Origin: Pedosphaera sp.
GTDB taxonomy: Bacteria; Verrucomicrobiota; Verrucomicrobiia; Limisphaerales; SIBH01
DNA: 64,000 bases
Direction of reading: 5' to 3'
Assembly (NCBI GenBank): GCA_031414955.1
Contig: JANOQV010000056.1
Coordinates: forward strand, 57,049-121,048
The notes under the pieces were generated by a model. That model saw nothing but the letters and a program-made list of their open reading frames with translations. It was not told the origin of the DNA and did not search any database. Position numbers and translations under genes: made by a program. Below, in pieces: positions 48,299 to 57,764 of this stretch (the stretch's first letter is position 1; each line of letters opens with the position of its first letter).

Positions 48299-49653
48299 TA
48301 TTTCAATTGTTCAGCGGACGATGGTGGCAGGCGACCTCCCAGGCTCCGTTCCAACTCGGCGGTGGCGCGGTGCAAATCAGCGCGGGCCAGCGCGGCTTTG
48401 GCGCGGGCGTCTTCGAGGCGGCGGGAACTTTCCAGCGTGAGCAGCAAGGACGCCTCGCCCACTTCGTAAGCCTTCTGCGACTGGCGCACGGCGTCTTCGA
48501 GCGGCGGCAGGATGCGCTGCTGCCAGTTATCAAAACTTTCCTGCGCCTGCGCGGCGCGGGTGTGGGCTTCGCGGACTTCGAGCACGATGCGGTCGCGCAC
48601 CGAGTAGTAATGACGCGCAGCCTTCTCGAAGTTCGCCTTCGCGAGCGCGATGCCGCCCTGATTCTGGTTCACGACGGGCACGGCCAAATCCACGGTCGGC
48701 CCGGCGAGGAATTCCTTGTTCACATCCTTCGCATTCACGCCGGCGGCCAGCGTGAAAGCTTCCCACCGCGCGAGACCGATGCGTTTGCCCGAGGACTCGA
48801 CGGCAATCTCCGCCGCGCGCAAATCAGGCCGCAGGGTCAAGGCGTTGGTCACAAGTCCGGTCACATCCGGCTCCACGCGGACAGTCGCAGGCGGAATGAC
48901 CTTCTGCGGGAAAGGCTGTTGCCCCATGCCGAGCAACGCGCGCAACCGTTCCGAGGCGATGCGTTCATCGTGCCGCGCCCGCGCCAGCACTTCCCCGGCT
49001 TGCAGCGCATCGACGCGCGCCACGCCCGCCTCCAGTTCGCTCGCGTCGCCCGCGTCGAGCCGCGCCTTCGACAATTTGGAAATCTCAGCGGCGAGCGAAA
49101 CAGTCTGCCCGGCCAGGAGCAGCCGCTCCTTGGCCAGCGTGAGGTCGGCGAAGCCCAGCTTCACATCACGAATCAAATCCAGTCCCGCTTGCGTGAGCCG
49201 ATGCACGGTTTGTTCGTAGCTCGCCTCGGCATTCGCGACGCGCTTGGGCCGCAGCCATAAAGCCTCCAGCGGGTACTTGGCCGTGAGTTCCAAGCCCTTC
49301 GCGCCCCAGGGCACGAGCATGGACAGCGTCGGGTTGGGCAACAGGCCGGCTTGCACGAGGTCCGCGCGGGAGATGCCAAGGTCGGCGAGCGTTTCCTGGA
49401 AGGCCGCGTTGTTCCACAGCGCAATCTGGATTGAAGCCTCTTCCGTCAGCCCTTCTTGCAATGGCACTCCCGGAGGAAGCGTGAACGCACCCGCCGGCGC
49501 GTCACCGATCGTCCGCCCCGAACGCTTCTCCAAGGAGGCTCCGACCCGGCTGTGGTCGGGTGGCGGAAGCTGGCATCCACTCAGCAGGACGACACACAGC
49601 CCGGCCGTCAGGCTCGCGAGCTGAGTTGGGGCGGTCTGGGGCAACCGTTTCAT
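48298..49653 (-). CDS. TolC-family outer-membrane efflux lipoprotein
   Basis: ATG 49653; lipobox LLSGC; ALWNN, GLLPNP, RPDLRAA, LERSLG. Confidence 0.9.
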   Translation of the reverse strand: MKRLPQTAPTQLASLTAGLCVVLLSGCQLPPPDHSRVGASLEKRSGRTIGDAPAGAFTLPPGVPLQEGLTEEASIQIALWNNAAFQETLADLGISRADLVQAGLLPNPTLSMLVPWGAKGLELTAKYPLEALWLRPKRVANAEASYEQTVHRLTQAGLDLIRDVKLGFADLTLAKERLLLAGQTVSLAAEISKLSKARLDAGDASELEAGVARVDALQAGEVLARARHDERIASERLRALLGMGQQPFPQKVIPPATVRVEPDVTGLVTNALTLRPDLRAAEIAVESSGKRIGLARWEAFTLAAGVNAKDVNKEFLAGPTVDLAVPVVNQNQGGIALAKANFEKAARHYYSVRDRIVLEVREAHTRAAQAQESFDNWQQRILPPLEDAVRQSQKAYEVGEASLLLTLESSRRLEDARAKAALARADLHRATAELERSLGGRLPPSSAEQLK

Positions 49654-49818
49654 GTCGGCACACTGCATGGTGATTGGAAGTGAACTAATTCCGGATGATT
49701 TGGCCGCGCAACCCCGAAAGCAAATGAAGAATCTGTCACCCGGCCTCGTCGGGCGCGCCCTCCAGGAGTGCTCAATTTCTTCTCGCCACACGGCATCGGT
49801 GGCCGTACTCGTCTGGCG

Positions 49819-51393
49819 ATGAATTTCACTTTGTTCCGTGCGTTTATCACTCTCGCGCTGGCCGCCGCTGGGCCGCTGCTTCCGGCCCAGTCCGTGAATC
49901 CGCGTCCGGCCGAGCATGTCGTGCTCGTCGTATGGGACGGGATGAGGCCCGACTTTGTGGCCCCACAGTTTTGTCCGAACCTTTACGCGCTGGCCACGAA
50001 CGGAGTCTTCTTCCGCAAGCATCACCCGGCCTTCATCAGTTCCACTGAGGTGAACGGCGCAGCCCTGGCCACCGGCTCCCATCCGGGCCGCAACGGCATT
50101 CTCGCCAACACCGAATACGATCCGCAGATCAGTTTCCTCGGCTCCCACGCCACGGAGGGCAACGACGCGGTGCGGCGCGGCGATCTCTTGAGCGGCGGTC
50201 ATTACATCATGACGCCGACAGTGGCGGAGATCCTGCATGGTGCCGGCATCTCGACCATCATCGCCGGCAGCAAGCCGGTGGCGCTTTTCCACGATCGGTC
50301 ACGCCTCAAGAAGACGGCGGCGGAAAAAGAATCGGTCACGGTGTATGAAGGCAAGACCATCCCGCGCGATCTCGTGGACAGCCTGAAGAAGGTCAATGAC
50401 GACAAGCCATTTCAAACCAACATCACTTACCCCAACACCGCGCAGGACAACTGGACCACGCACGCGTTGACGCGCTCGCTCTGGAAGAAAGGCGTGCCGA
50501 AATACACCATGCTCTGGCTGAGCGACCCCGACAAATCCCAGCACGAACACGGCGTGGGCGCGCCCATCGCCCTCGACGGTATCGAGGCCAGCGACAAAAA
50601 TCTCGGCGAAGTGGTCAAGGCCTTGAAGGACAAGGGCGTCTGGGACCAGACCGACCTGATGCTCGTCTCCGATCACGGCTTCTCCACCATCAACCGCACC
50701 CCGAACGTCTCCGCGCTGCTCAAGAAAGCCGGCTTCAACGCCCACACCAAGTTTGAAGACCCCGAGCCGGGCGACGTGATGGTCGTCGGTCTCGGCGGTA
50801 GCGTCTTGCTCTACGTGATTGATCAGCAGGAAGCCGTGATTCGCAAACTCGTCGATTACCTCCAAACCACCGACTACACCGGCGTCATTTTCTCCCGCAT
50901 CCCGGTGGAAGGAACCTTCCCGCTCGAAGCCGTCGGGTACTCCGCGACCAATGACGCGCCCGATCTGGTCGTCTCGCTGCGCTGGAGTGCCGAGACCAAC
51001 AGCCACGGCGCTCCGGGCATGATGACCACCGTGGGCGGCACCAGTGGCAAGGGTTCCCACGCTTCGTTGAGCCGTTTCGACATGAACAACACGCTGGTCG
51101 CGCACGGGCCGGGCTTCAAACGCGGCACCATCAGCGACGTGCCCAGCGGCAACATCGACGTGGCCCCGACCATTCTCTGGCTGCTCGGCATGAAAGCTCC
51201 CGCCACGATGGATGGCCGCGTCCTCCACGAAGCCCTGGCCCGCTCCACCACCGCGACGCCGGCGCCCGATATTCAGACCATCGAGGCCACGCGCGAACTG
51301 GGACTCTTCCGCTGGCAGCAATACCTCAAGTTCAGCACCGTGGGCCCGGCGAAGTATTTCGATGAGGGCAACGGCGCGCCGCAGCGGCGCTGA
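49819..51393 (+). CDS. Exported alkaline-phosphatase-superfamily enzyme (nucleotide pyrophosphatase/phosphodiesterase type)
   Basis: Signal peptide; VWDGMRPD, SSTEVN, DPDKSQH, SDHGF, GSHASL, DVAPT. Confidence 0.9.
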   Translation: MNFTLFRAFITLALAAAGPLLPAQSVNPRPAEHVVLVVWDGMRPDFVAPQFCPNLYALATNGVFFRKHHPAFISSTEVNGAALATGSHPGRNGILANTEYDPQISFLGSHATEGNDAVRRGDLLSGGHYIMTPTVAEILHGAGISTIIAGSKPVALFHDRSRLKKTAAEKESVTVYEGKTIPRDLVDSLKKVNDDKPFQTNITYPNTAQDNWTTHALTRSLWKKGVPKYTMLWLSDPDKSQHEHGVGAPIALDGIEASDKNLGEVVKALKDKGVWDQTDLMLVSDHGFSTINRTPNVSALLKKAGFNAHTKFEDPEPGDVMVVGLGGSVLLYVIDQQEAVIRKLVDYLQTTDYTGVIFSRIPVEGTFPLEAVGYSATNDAPDLVVSLRWSAETNSHGAPGMMTTVGGTSGKGSHASLSRFDMNNTLVAHGPGFKRGTISDVPSGNIDVAPTILWLLGMKAPATMDGRVLHEALARSTTATPAPDIQTIEATRELGLFRWQQYLKFSTVGPAKYFDEGNGAPQRR

Positions 51394-51395
51394 TC

Positions 51396-52082
51396 GTGAT
51401 GGCCAGGAATGATCTCCGGGTGGCGAGCACAGGTAGGGCGCGGTGTCCCCACCGCGCCGCGCCCCGAGGCGGACAGAACTTTACGCGCTGGTGCATACCT
51501 CACCCCGGCGCGCTGAGGACAGCGACGCCCTACCTTTCACTGGCCCTTTTGTTTCTGGCCCTGATGGGCTGCGTGGCTCACGCCCAGAACTCCACCACCT
51601 GCACCACCAATTTCTACAATGTCACCGGCTCAACCTTCCGTGAGATCCGCGCGTCCATCGCCAAAGCCCGTCCGTGGAAGGACCGATTCGACGGCGACAC
51701 GCGCTGGGATGTCCGCTGGAAATTTCAGTACGCCGAACGCCCCGGCGGCTGCGCCATCACCAGTTACTCCGTGAGCACGAAGATCGTCATCACGCTACCG
51801 CGCTGGACGCCGCCCGCCGATGTGGATTCCGCGGTGAAGGAGCAGTGGTCGCGATTCTACACCGCCCTGGCCCAGCATGAACTTGGTCACGCGCGCCTCG
51901 GGACCGCTGCCGGCGAGGAAGTCGGTCAAAAAATCAAAGGAACAGCCCCGCAGGCCGAGTGCGCGGCCCTGCGAAAAATGGCGGACGAGCAGGCCGAACA
52001 AGCCGTGGCGGACTATCGCGCCCGGGAAAAGGACTACGACCGGCGAACGAACCACGGCGCGAATCCGTCGGGTGTGCCTTGA
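51396..52082 (+). CDS. DUF922-like secreted Zn-dependent protease
   Basis: YNVTGST, TRWDVRW, ITLPRW, HELGH, YDRRTNHG; start uncertain. Confidence 0.82.
   Translation: MMARNDLRVASTGRARCPHRAAPRGGQNFTRWCIPHPGALRTATPYLSLALLFLALMGCVAHAQNSTTCTTNFYNVTGSTFREIRASIAKARPWKDRFDGDTRWDVRWKFQYAERPGGCAITSYSVSTKIVITLPRWTPPADVDSAVKEQWSRFYTALAQHELGHARLGTAAGEEVGQKIKGTAPQAECAALRKMADEQAEQAVADYRAREKDYDRRTNHGANPSGVP
51432..51534. repeat. Inverted doublet of GTAG-type REP palindromes (REPIN-like)
   Basis: GGTAGGGCGCGGTGTCCCCACCGCGCCG ... CGGCGCGCTGAGGACAGCGACGCCCTACC. Confidence 0.8.
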
Positions 52083-52341
52083 GGTCTGCGTCGTGGCCTT
52101 GAGGTCACGGCTACGACCACTCCGTCTGCGTTTCGTGGGCGGATCCCCCGGCTTCCCGACCGGACGGAGCCTCCCGCCCTCCCTTTGTGCCCATGGGCTG
52201 AGCACAGCTTGTCGCAACGTGGCACTTTGCCCGTCGCGCAATCTGACCCGACCACAGCTCTCTCCCATCACATCCAACTACGAGGATGTCCTGAAAATGC
52301 ACTCGACTCCCGGGTGCGCCTCTCCAAATCTCCCGGCGCTT

Positions 52342-53085
52342 ATGGGTCAACTCGACAATCAAGTCGCCGTCGTCACCGGTGCAGGCCGCGGCATCGGCCG
52401 GGCCATCGCGCTCAAATTCGCCGAAGAAGGCGCGAACATCGCCTGCGTTTCCCGCACGGCGGAGAACTCGGAGAAAGTCGCCGCCGAAGTCCGCGCGCTC
52501 GGCCGCCAGGCCTGGGCTTACGCCGTGGACGTGGCGGACTCCCAGGCAGTCGCGGCTGCGGGCCAGAAGATTCTCGCCGAAGCCGGCCGCGTGGACATTC
52601 TGGTCAACAACGCCGGCGTGACGAGGGACGGCCTGCTCATGCGCATGAGCGATGAGGATTGGGACACGGTGTTGAACACGAACCTCAAGGGCGCCTTCTC
52701 CTTCACCAAAGCCTTCACCCGCAGCCTGCTCAAGCAACGCTCAGGACGCATCATCAACGTCGCGTCCATCATTGGTTTGATCGGCAACGCCGGCCAGGCC
52801 AACTACGCGGCGAGCAAGGCGGCGCTGATCGGCTTCACCAAGTCCATCGCGCGCGAGTTCGGCTCGCGCGGCATCACGGCCAACGCGCTGGCCCCCGGCT
52901 TCATTGAGACAGACATGACGGCGGCGCTGAACGAGGAAGTGCGCCGGCAGTTGCTGGAGAAAATTCCTCTCGCTTGTTTCGGACAGGCCGGGGACATTGC
53001 GAACGCCGCGTTGTTCCTCGCCGGACCTTCAGGCCGTTACATCACCGGGCAAGTGCTCGTGGTGGACGGCGGAATGGTGATGTGA
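52342..53085 (+). CDS. fabG: 3-oxoacyl-ACP reductase
   Basis: TGAGRGIG, NNAGVTRDGLLMRM, YAASK; upstream of acpP-fabF. Confidence 0.96.
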   Translation: MGQLDNQVAVVTGAGRGIGRAIALKFAEEGANIACVSRTAENSEKVAAEVRALGRQAWAYAVDVADSQAVAAAGQKILAEAGRVDILVNNAGVTRDGLLMRMSDEDWDTVLNTNLKGAFSFTKAFTRSLLKQRSGRIINVASIIGLIGNAGQANYAASKAALIGFTKSIAREFGSRGITANALAPGFIETDMTAALNEEVRRQLLEKIPLACFGQAGDIANAALFLAGPSGRYITGQVLVVDGGMVM

Positions 53086-53109
53086 CCGGAACAACTCACG
53101 AATCGAGGC

Positions 53110-53138
53110 TTGACGGGTGTTGGGTCGTGGCCTAGAGA
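53110..53138 (+). promoter_or_regulatory. Candidate sigma70 promoter for acpP
   Basis: TTGACG-N17-TAGAGA. Confidence 0.4.
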
Positions 53139-53161
53139 ACGCGCAAAATTACGGAGTAACC

Positions 53162-53407
53162 ATGTCTGACAAAACCATCGAACAGCGGGTAAAAGAAATT
53201 ATTGTCGAGCAGCTCGGCGTCAAGGAGGACCAGGTGACGCCCGACGCCAAGTTCATCGAAGACTTGGGTGCGGACTCGCTCGACACAGTCGAGCTGGTCA
53301 TGGCGCTGGAAGAGGAGTTCGGCAACGAAATCCCCGACGAGGAGGCCGAGAAGCTCCAGACCGTCGGCGACGTGATCAAGTACGTCGAAGACACGCAGAA
53401 GAAATAA
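53162..53407 (+). CDS. acpP: Acyl carrier protein
   Basis: [20 protein letters not shown]. Confidence 0.98.
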   Translation: MSDKTIEQRVKEIIVEQLGVKEDQVTPDAKFIEDLGADSLDTVELVMALEEEFGNEIPDEEAEKLQTVGDVIKYVEDTQKK

Positions 53408-53422
53408 TTGGGGGAATTTTTC

Positions 53423-53463
53423 GGGGCAGCTTCGTGGTTTGAGCGAGGCTGCCCCTTTGTTTT
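53423..53463 (+). terminator. Hairpin with U-rich tract between acpP and fabF
   Basis: ggggcagcttcg...cgaggctgcccc tttgtttt. Confidence 0.65.
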
Positions 53464-54723
53464 ATGACTGCGAACTGGACCGAGCGCCGCGTCGTCATCA
53501 CCGGCATGGGAGCTGTGTCGCCCTTGGGCAACACCATGGACGAGCTTTGGCAAAACCTGCTCGCCGGCCAGTGCGGTATCGACAAGATCACACTGTTCGA
53601 TGCGGCGGCTTTCGACACCAAGATTGCAGCCGAGGTGAAGGGCTTCGATCCCAGCGCCGCCTTCCCCTCGCCCAAGGAAATCCGCCGCACCGACCGCTTC
53701 ACGCAGTTTGGCGTGTCGGCCGCCTATCAGGCGCTGAAGGATTCCGGTCTCGACCTCGAGAAGGTGAACCGCGACGAGGTGGGCGTGTTCCTCGGCTCGG
53801 GCATCGGCGGCCTCCACACCACGCAGGAGCAAGCGCGGGTGCTCTTCGAGAAGGGACCGGGACGCCTTTCGCCCTTCATGATTCCCATGCTCATTCTGAA
53901 CATGGCTTCGGGCGTTTTCTCCATGTACTACAAGCTGCGCGGCCCCAACGTCGCCACTTGCTCGGCCTGCGCGACCGCCACCCATGCGCTCGGCGAAGCC
54001 TGGCGCACCATCAAGATGGGCGACGCCTCGGTCATGTTCGCCGGCGGCAGCGAGGCGACCATCGTGCCCATCGGCATCGGCGGCTTCTGCGCCATGCGCG
54101 CCATGAGCACGCGCAATGATGAACCGAAGCGTTCCTCACGGCCCTTCGACAAGGATCGCGACGGCTTCGTCATGGGCGAAGGCTCGGGCGTGCTGGTGCT
54201 CGAAGAACTGGAACACGCCAAGGCCCGGGGTGCGCGCATCTATGCGGAACTCGTGGGCTACGGCAACACGGCCGACGCGAATCACATGACTGCGCCGTCG
54301 CCCGAAGGCGAAGGCGCCGCGCGCTGCATGAAGATGGCGCTCAAGAACGCTGGCCTGAATCCCGGCGACATCCAATACATCAACGCCCACGGCACCTCCA
54401 CGCCGCAGGGCGATGTCTGCGAGACGCAGGCCATCAAGACCGTCTTTGGGGAACACGCGAAACAAATCGCCGTCAGTTCCACCAAGGGCGCGACCGGCCA
54501 CATGCTCGGTGCGGCCGGTGCGGTGGAGATGGCAATTTGCGTGAAGGCTCTCGAACAGCAAGTCGTCCCGCCGACCATCAATCTCGACCACCCCGATCCC
54601 CAGTGCGACCTCGACTACGTGCCGCACACCGCGCGCGAGATGAAGGTCAACGCCATCGTGAACAACTCGTTCGGCTTCGGCGGCCACAATGCCTGCACCG
54701 TGGCGCGAAAATTTGTTGGCTGA
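53464..54723 (+). CDS. fabF: Beta-ketoacyl-ACP synthase II
   Basis: SACAT, NAHGTST, TGHMLGAAG, NSFGFGGHN. Confidence 0.97.
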   Translation: MTANWTERRVVITGMGAVSPLGNTMDELWQNLLAGQCGIDKITLFDAAAFDTKIAAEVKGFDPSAAFPSPKEIRRTDRFTQFGVSAAYQALKDSGLDLEKVNRDEVGVFLGSGIGGLHTTQEQARVLFEKGPGRLSPFMIPMLILNMASGVFSMYYKLRGPNVATCSACATATHALGEAWRTIKMGDASVMFAGGSEATIVPIGIGGFCAMRAMSTRNDEPKRSSRPFDKDRDGFVMGEGSGVLVLEELEHAKARGARIYAELVGYGNTADANHMTAPSPEGEGAARCMKMALKNAGLNPGDIQYINAHGTSTPQGDVCETQAIKTVFGEHAKQIAVSSTKGATGHMLGAAGAVEMAICVKALEQQVVPPTINLDHPDPQCDLDYVPHTAREMKVNAIVNNSFGFGGHNACTVARKFVG

Positions 54724-54750
54724 CCGTTCACCTTTGCTACCGTGCGCCGC

Positions 54751-55074
54751 ATGGGCGCGAGGCAGATTTACGTTGGCATCAAAGGCCGGGTCCTGGCCCT
54801 TGACTACAATACTGGTGCCATTCTCTGGCAGACTTCGGTGGCTGGAGCCTTTTTCGTCAACGTGGTCGATGACGGAAACCGGGTTTTCGCCTTGAGCCAG
54901 GGCGAGGCCTACTGCTTGGAAGCGGCGACGGGCACGATTCTCTGGCATAATCCGCTCAAGGGATGTGGCATTGGCATTGGCTCCCTTGTTGTTCCGGGAC
55001 GGCCAGCACCATCCGCCGCCATGGCCGCGCAAATCGCCGCCGCACAACAACAGGCCGCAGGAACAGGAACGTGA
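54751..55074 (+). CDS. Small PQQ-like beta-propeller repeat protein
   Basis: VLALDYNTGAILWQT and YCLEAATGTILWHN repeats; GTGA overlap with the next gene. Confidence 0.75.
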   Translation: MGARQIYVGIKGRVLALDYNTGAILWQTSVAGAFFVNVVDDGNRVFALSQGEAYCLEAATGTILWHNPLKGCGIGIGSLVVPGRPAPSAAMAAQIAAAQQQAAGTGT

Positions 55075-56378
55075 ACGTCCTCCCGCTCATCGAAGCCAAG
55101 CGCGATGGCGGAATCCTTTCCAACGGCCAGATCCGCGACCTGATCGCCGCCACCACACGCGGTGCCATCCCTGATTACCAGCTCGCCGCGCTGCTCATGG
55201 CGATTTACTTCCGTGGACTCGACGGGCATGAAACCCGCGCACTCACCGGAGCCATGCGCGACTCCGGAGACGTGCTGCTGTTTCCGAAAGACTCGGCGCG
55301 TCCGGTCGTGGACAAGCACTCCACCGGCGGTATCGGCGACAAGGTCTCGCTGCCGCTCGCGCCATTGCTGGCCTGCCTGGGATTTCGTGTGCCCATGATT
55401 TCCGGGCGCGGGCTGGGCATCACCGGCGGTACGCTCGACAAGCTGGATTCGATTCCAGGCTTCCGCTCGCGCCTCAGCGCCGAGGAAATTGTCCAACAAG
55501 TGCAGGCAGTCGGTTGCGTCATTTGCGGCCAGACCGAGACAATGTGCCCGGCGGACCGGCAGCTTTACTCCTTGGGTGACGTGACCGGCACCGTGCCGAG
55601 CATCCCGCTTATCACGGCGTCAATTCTCTCCAAGAAACTTTCCGAAGGAATCGAAGCACTCCTGCTGGACGTTAAGTTCGGCTGCGCCGCCTTCATGCCG
55701 ACGCTGGAACAGGCGCGCACGCTGGCACAGTCGATGACCGCCATCGCCAGCGAGTCGGGCGTGCGGACACGGGCCTTGCTCACCGACATGAACACGCCGC
55801 TGGGCCGTGCCACCGGCAACTGGCTCGAGGTCAAAGAGTCTTTGCAATGCCTCGAAGGCACCGGGCCGGCTGATCTGCTGGAACTGGTCGTCGATTGCGC
55901 GGCCCACCTGCTCGTGCTGACACGGAAGGCGGACGATCTCGATTCGGCCCGCGCTCAAGCGCATCAAGCCCTGGTCTCGGGCGCACCCCGCCGAAAATGG
56001 GACGAGATGCTGCGGGCACAGGGTGCCGACCTCGATGCTTTCCTGACCAAACTCCGACGCGATCACACTGCGCCCGAGTTGGTTGAGTTGCTTGCTCCGG
56101 CCGATGGCTACCTCGCGCGGGCCGATGCGCGCATCATTGGCGAGGTGGTCCGCGACTTGGGCGGCGGACGCATGACCCAGGAGTCGGCCATTGATTTTGA
56201 AGTGGGCGTGGATCAAATCCGCGCATTGGGCGAACCGATTCAGGCCGGGGCCGCGCTCTGCCGCATCCACGCACGAACCCCGGAACAGGCTCGGCAGGCC
56301 AAGCAGCTCCTGGCCGCCGCCTTCAGCATTTCTCCGTCGCCACCCCAGCCATCGCTTCGCGTGGTGGAGGTAATGTGA
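55071..56378 (+). CDS. deoA: Thymidine / pyrimidine-nucleoside phosphorylase
   Basis: DKHSTGGIGDK, SGRGLGITGGTLDKL, ASILSKKL, LDVKFG. Confidence 0.93.
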   Translation: MNVLPLIEAKRDGGILSNGQIRDLIAATTRGAIPDYQLAALLMAIYFRGLDGHETRALTGAMRDSGDVLLFPKDSARPVVDKHSTGGIGDKVSLPLAPLLACLGFRVPMISGRGLGITGGTLDKLDSIPGFRSRLSAEEIVQQVQAVGCVICGQTETMCPADRQLYSLGDVTGTVPSIPLITASILSKKLSEGIEALLLDVKFGCAAFMPTLEQARTLAQSMTAIASESGVRTRALLTDMNTPLGRATGNWLEVKESLQCLEGTGPADLLELVVDCAAHLLVLTRKADDLDSARAQAHQALVSGAPRRKWDEMLRAQGADLDAFLTKLRRDHTAPELVELLAPADGYLARADARIIGEVVRDLGGGRMTQESAIDFEVGVDQIRALGEPIQAGAALCRIHARTPEQARQAKQLLAAAFSISPSPPQPSLRVVEVM

Positions 56379-56448
56379 GATGTGACTGGCGGCTTGTTCT
56401 GCAAGCTGTGCGTGCCGCGCCTCGGCCGAGTTTGAAGCCGCCCCCGGT

Positions 56449-56994
56449 TCAACCCAGGGATTGTTCTCCCCAGACCTGCCACGTTTCCACATCAGCGCGT
56501 GAAAGAGTCGAACCACCCGTGCCGACTGCTTGCAAAGACGCAAAGCGGATCGTCGCCGGGACGACGAGCGAGCGAGCGAGCTCCTCCCTTCGTTCCGCCG
56601 CCAGTTCGGCGTAAACCAAACTCAGGTGCGGCTTCAGTTCGTAATCCCCGGCTGGCCGCGAGAGCCGATTCAATTCTGCCGCCAGCGAAATCAGGCCAGC
56701 CTCGGGGGCGAACTCCATAAAGAGGGTCCTGGTGAATTGATCCGAGTGGGCCAGATCGGTCGAACGCAGCGTGATTTCTGATCCCAGCCCCGCCGCGGCG
56801 CGCAGGACGCGGTCGATTCGTTCGAGAGACTCGACCGGTCCGCTGTAGAGCGTCACATGCGGCTCGAAGACCGGGGCGTCAAACTGATGAGCAAGCTGGC
56901 GAATCATCTCCGAGAGTTGCGCCCGCTCCGGCGCGGCGGGCCTCAGCCAATACGAAACGCGTTCGTTCGGCCGCGACATGGCCAGGCGACTCAT
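56449..56994 (-). CDS. 2H phosphoesterase (cyclic phosphodiesterase-like)
   Basis: Two HxT/S motifs, FEPHVTLY and LKPHLSLVY; ATGA overlap with the SET gene. Confidence 0.85.
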   Translation of the reverse strand: MSRLAMSRPNERVSYWLRPAAPERAQLSEMIRQLAHQFDAPVFEPHVTLYSGPVESLERIDRVLRAAAGLGSEITLRSTDLAHSDQFTRTLFMEFAPEAGLISLAAELNRLSRPAGDYELKPHLSLVYAELAAERREELARSLVVPATIRFASLQAVGTGGSTLSRADVETWQVWGEQSLG

Positions 56995-57461
56995 CCCTGG
57001 CGCCGCTGCTCCTGGCACCGGACCTCCTCGAAGTGTTCCTCTGCCACCATGAACCCGATGCACTGCGGCGAGCCGCACGCGCAGACATGATCCACGTAGT
57101 CCTCCAGGTCGTAGCCGTAGTTGAAGGACAGCTCCTCGCCCGCCGCCAGGTCGCGCAACGCGTAAATCCAAATGTGCTCGTCCTCCATGCGCGCCTCGCA
57201 GTTTGGCCCGCAACTGTGGTTGATGAAGCGCGCCGGGTTCCAGTCCACCGCGCCATCGAGGTCGAAGTCCTCCGTGACGGTGAAGATGAAGAAATTATCG
57301 GCCTGCCGCCGTCGCCACGATTCTTCCTTGCCCAGCCGTTCGCCGACGTATTCGAGGATGCGCGTCTCTTCGGCGATGGCGGTGCGCGCGAAAACGCCCG
57401 TGCCGTGGATGCGCGAAGGCTTCACTTCAAAGAGTGCATTTTGGACTTCTGTTTCAGACAT
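56991..57461 (-). CDS. SET-domain protein lysine methyltransferase with post-SET
   Basis: SRIHGTGVFA, RFINHSCGPN, GEELSFNYG, CACGSPQC. Confidence 0.95.
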   Translation of the reverse strand: MSETEVQNALFEVKPSRIHGTGVFARTAIAEETRILEYVGERLGKEESWRRRQADNFFIFTVTEDFDLDGAVDWNPARFINHSCGPNCEARMEDEHIWIYALRDLAAGEELSFNYGYDLEDYVDHVCACGSPQCIGFMVAEEHFEEVRCQEQRRQG

Positions 57462-57764
57462 GCGGCGCGACTCTTCACTTCACGGCCAGCGGACGCAAGT
57501 TTGTGATCGTGGCCCCGTCTCCGCCGTAAAGCAGGCCCACCTCTCGGATGGAAACCACTTTGGGCGTGGTGACGCGCAGCCGCGCGAGGCGCACTGGCTC
57601 CCCGTCCAAACCTGAACCGCTCGGCACGCCGCGAAAATTTTCTCTCGAAGGCCGTCCGAATTGGGAACAGGATCGCGTTCAGTCCGTAGCTGTCGAGACG
57701 AGTCGGCGCACCAATTGTTTGGCGCGGCGCACGGCGGCGGCTACGACGCGACGAGGACAACCTT

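Noticed and set aside
49654..50292. N-terminal extension of the TolC ORF, and similar long extensions on the TPR, fabG, VTC and mqnC ORFs
   Set aside because: They overlap other genes or intergenic DNA; signal peptides or family N-termini begin at downstream starts
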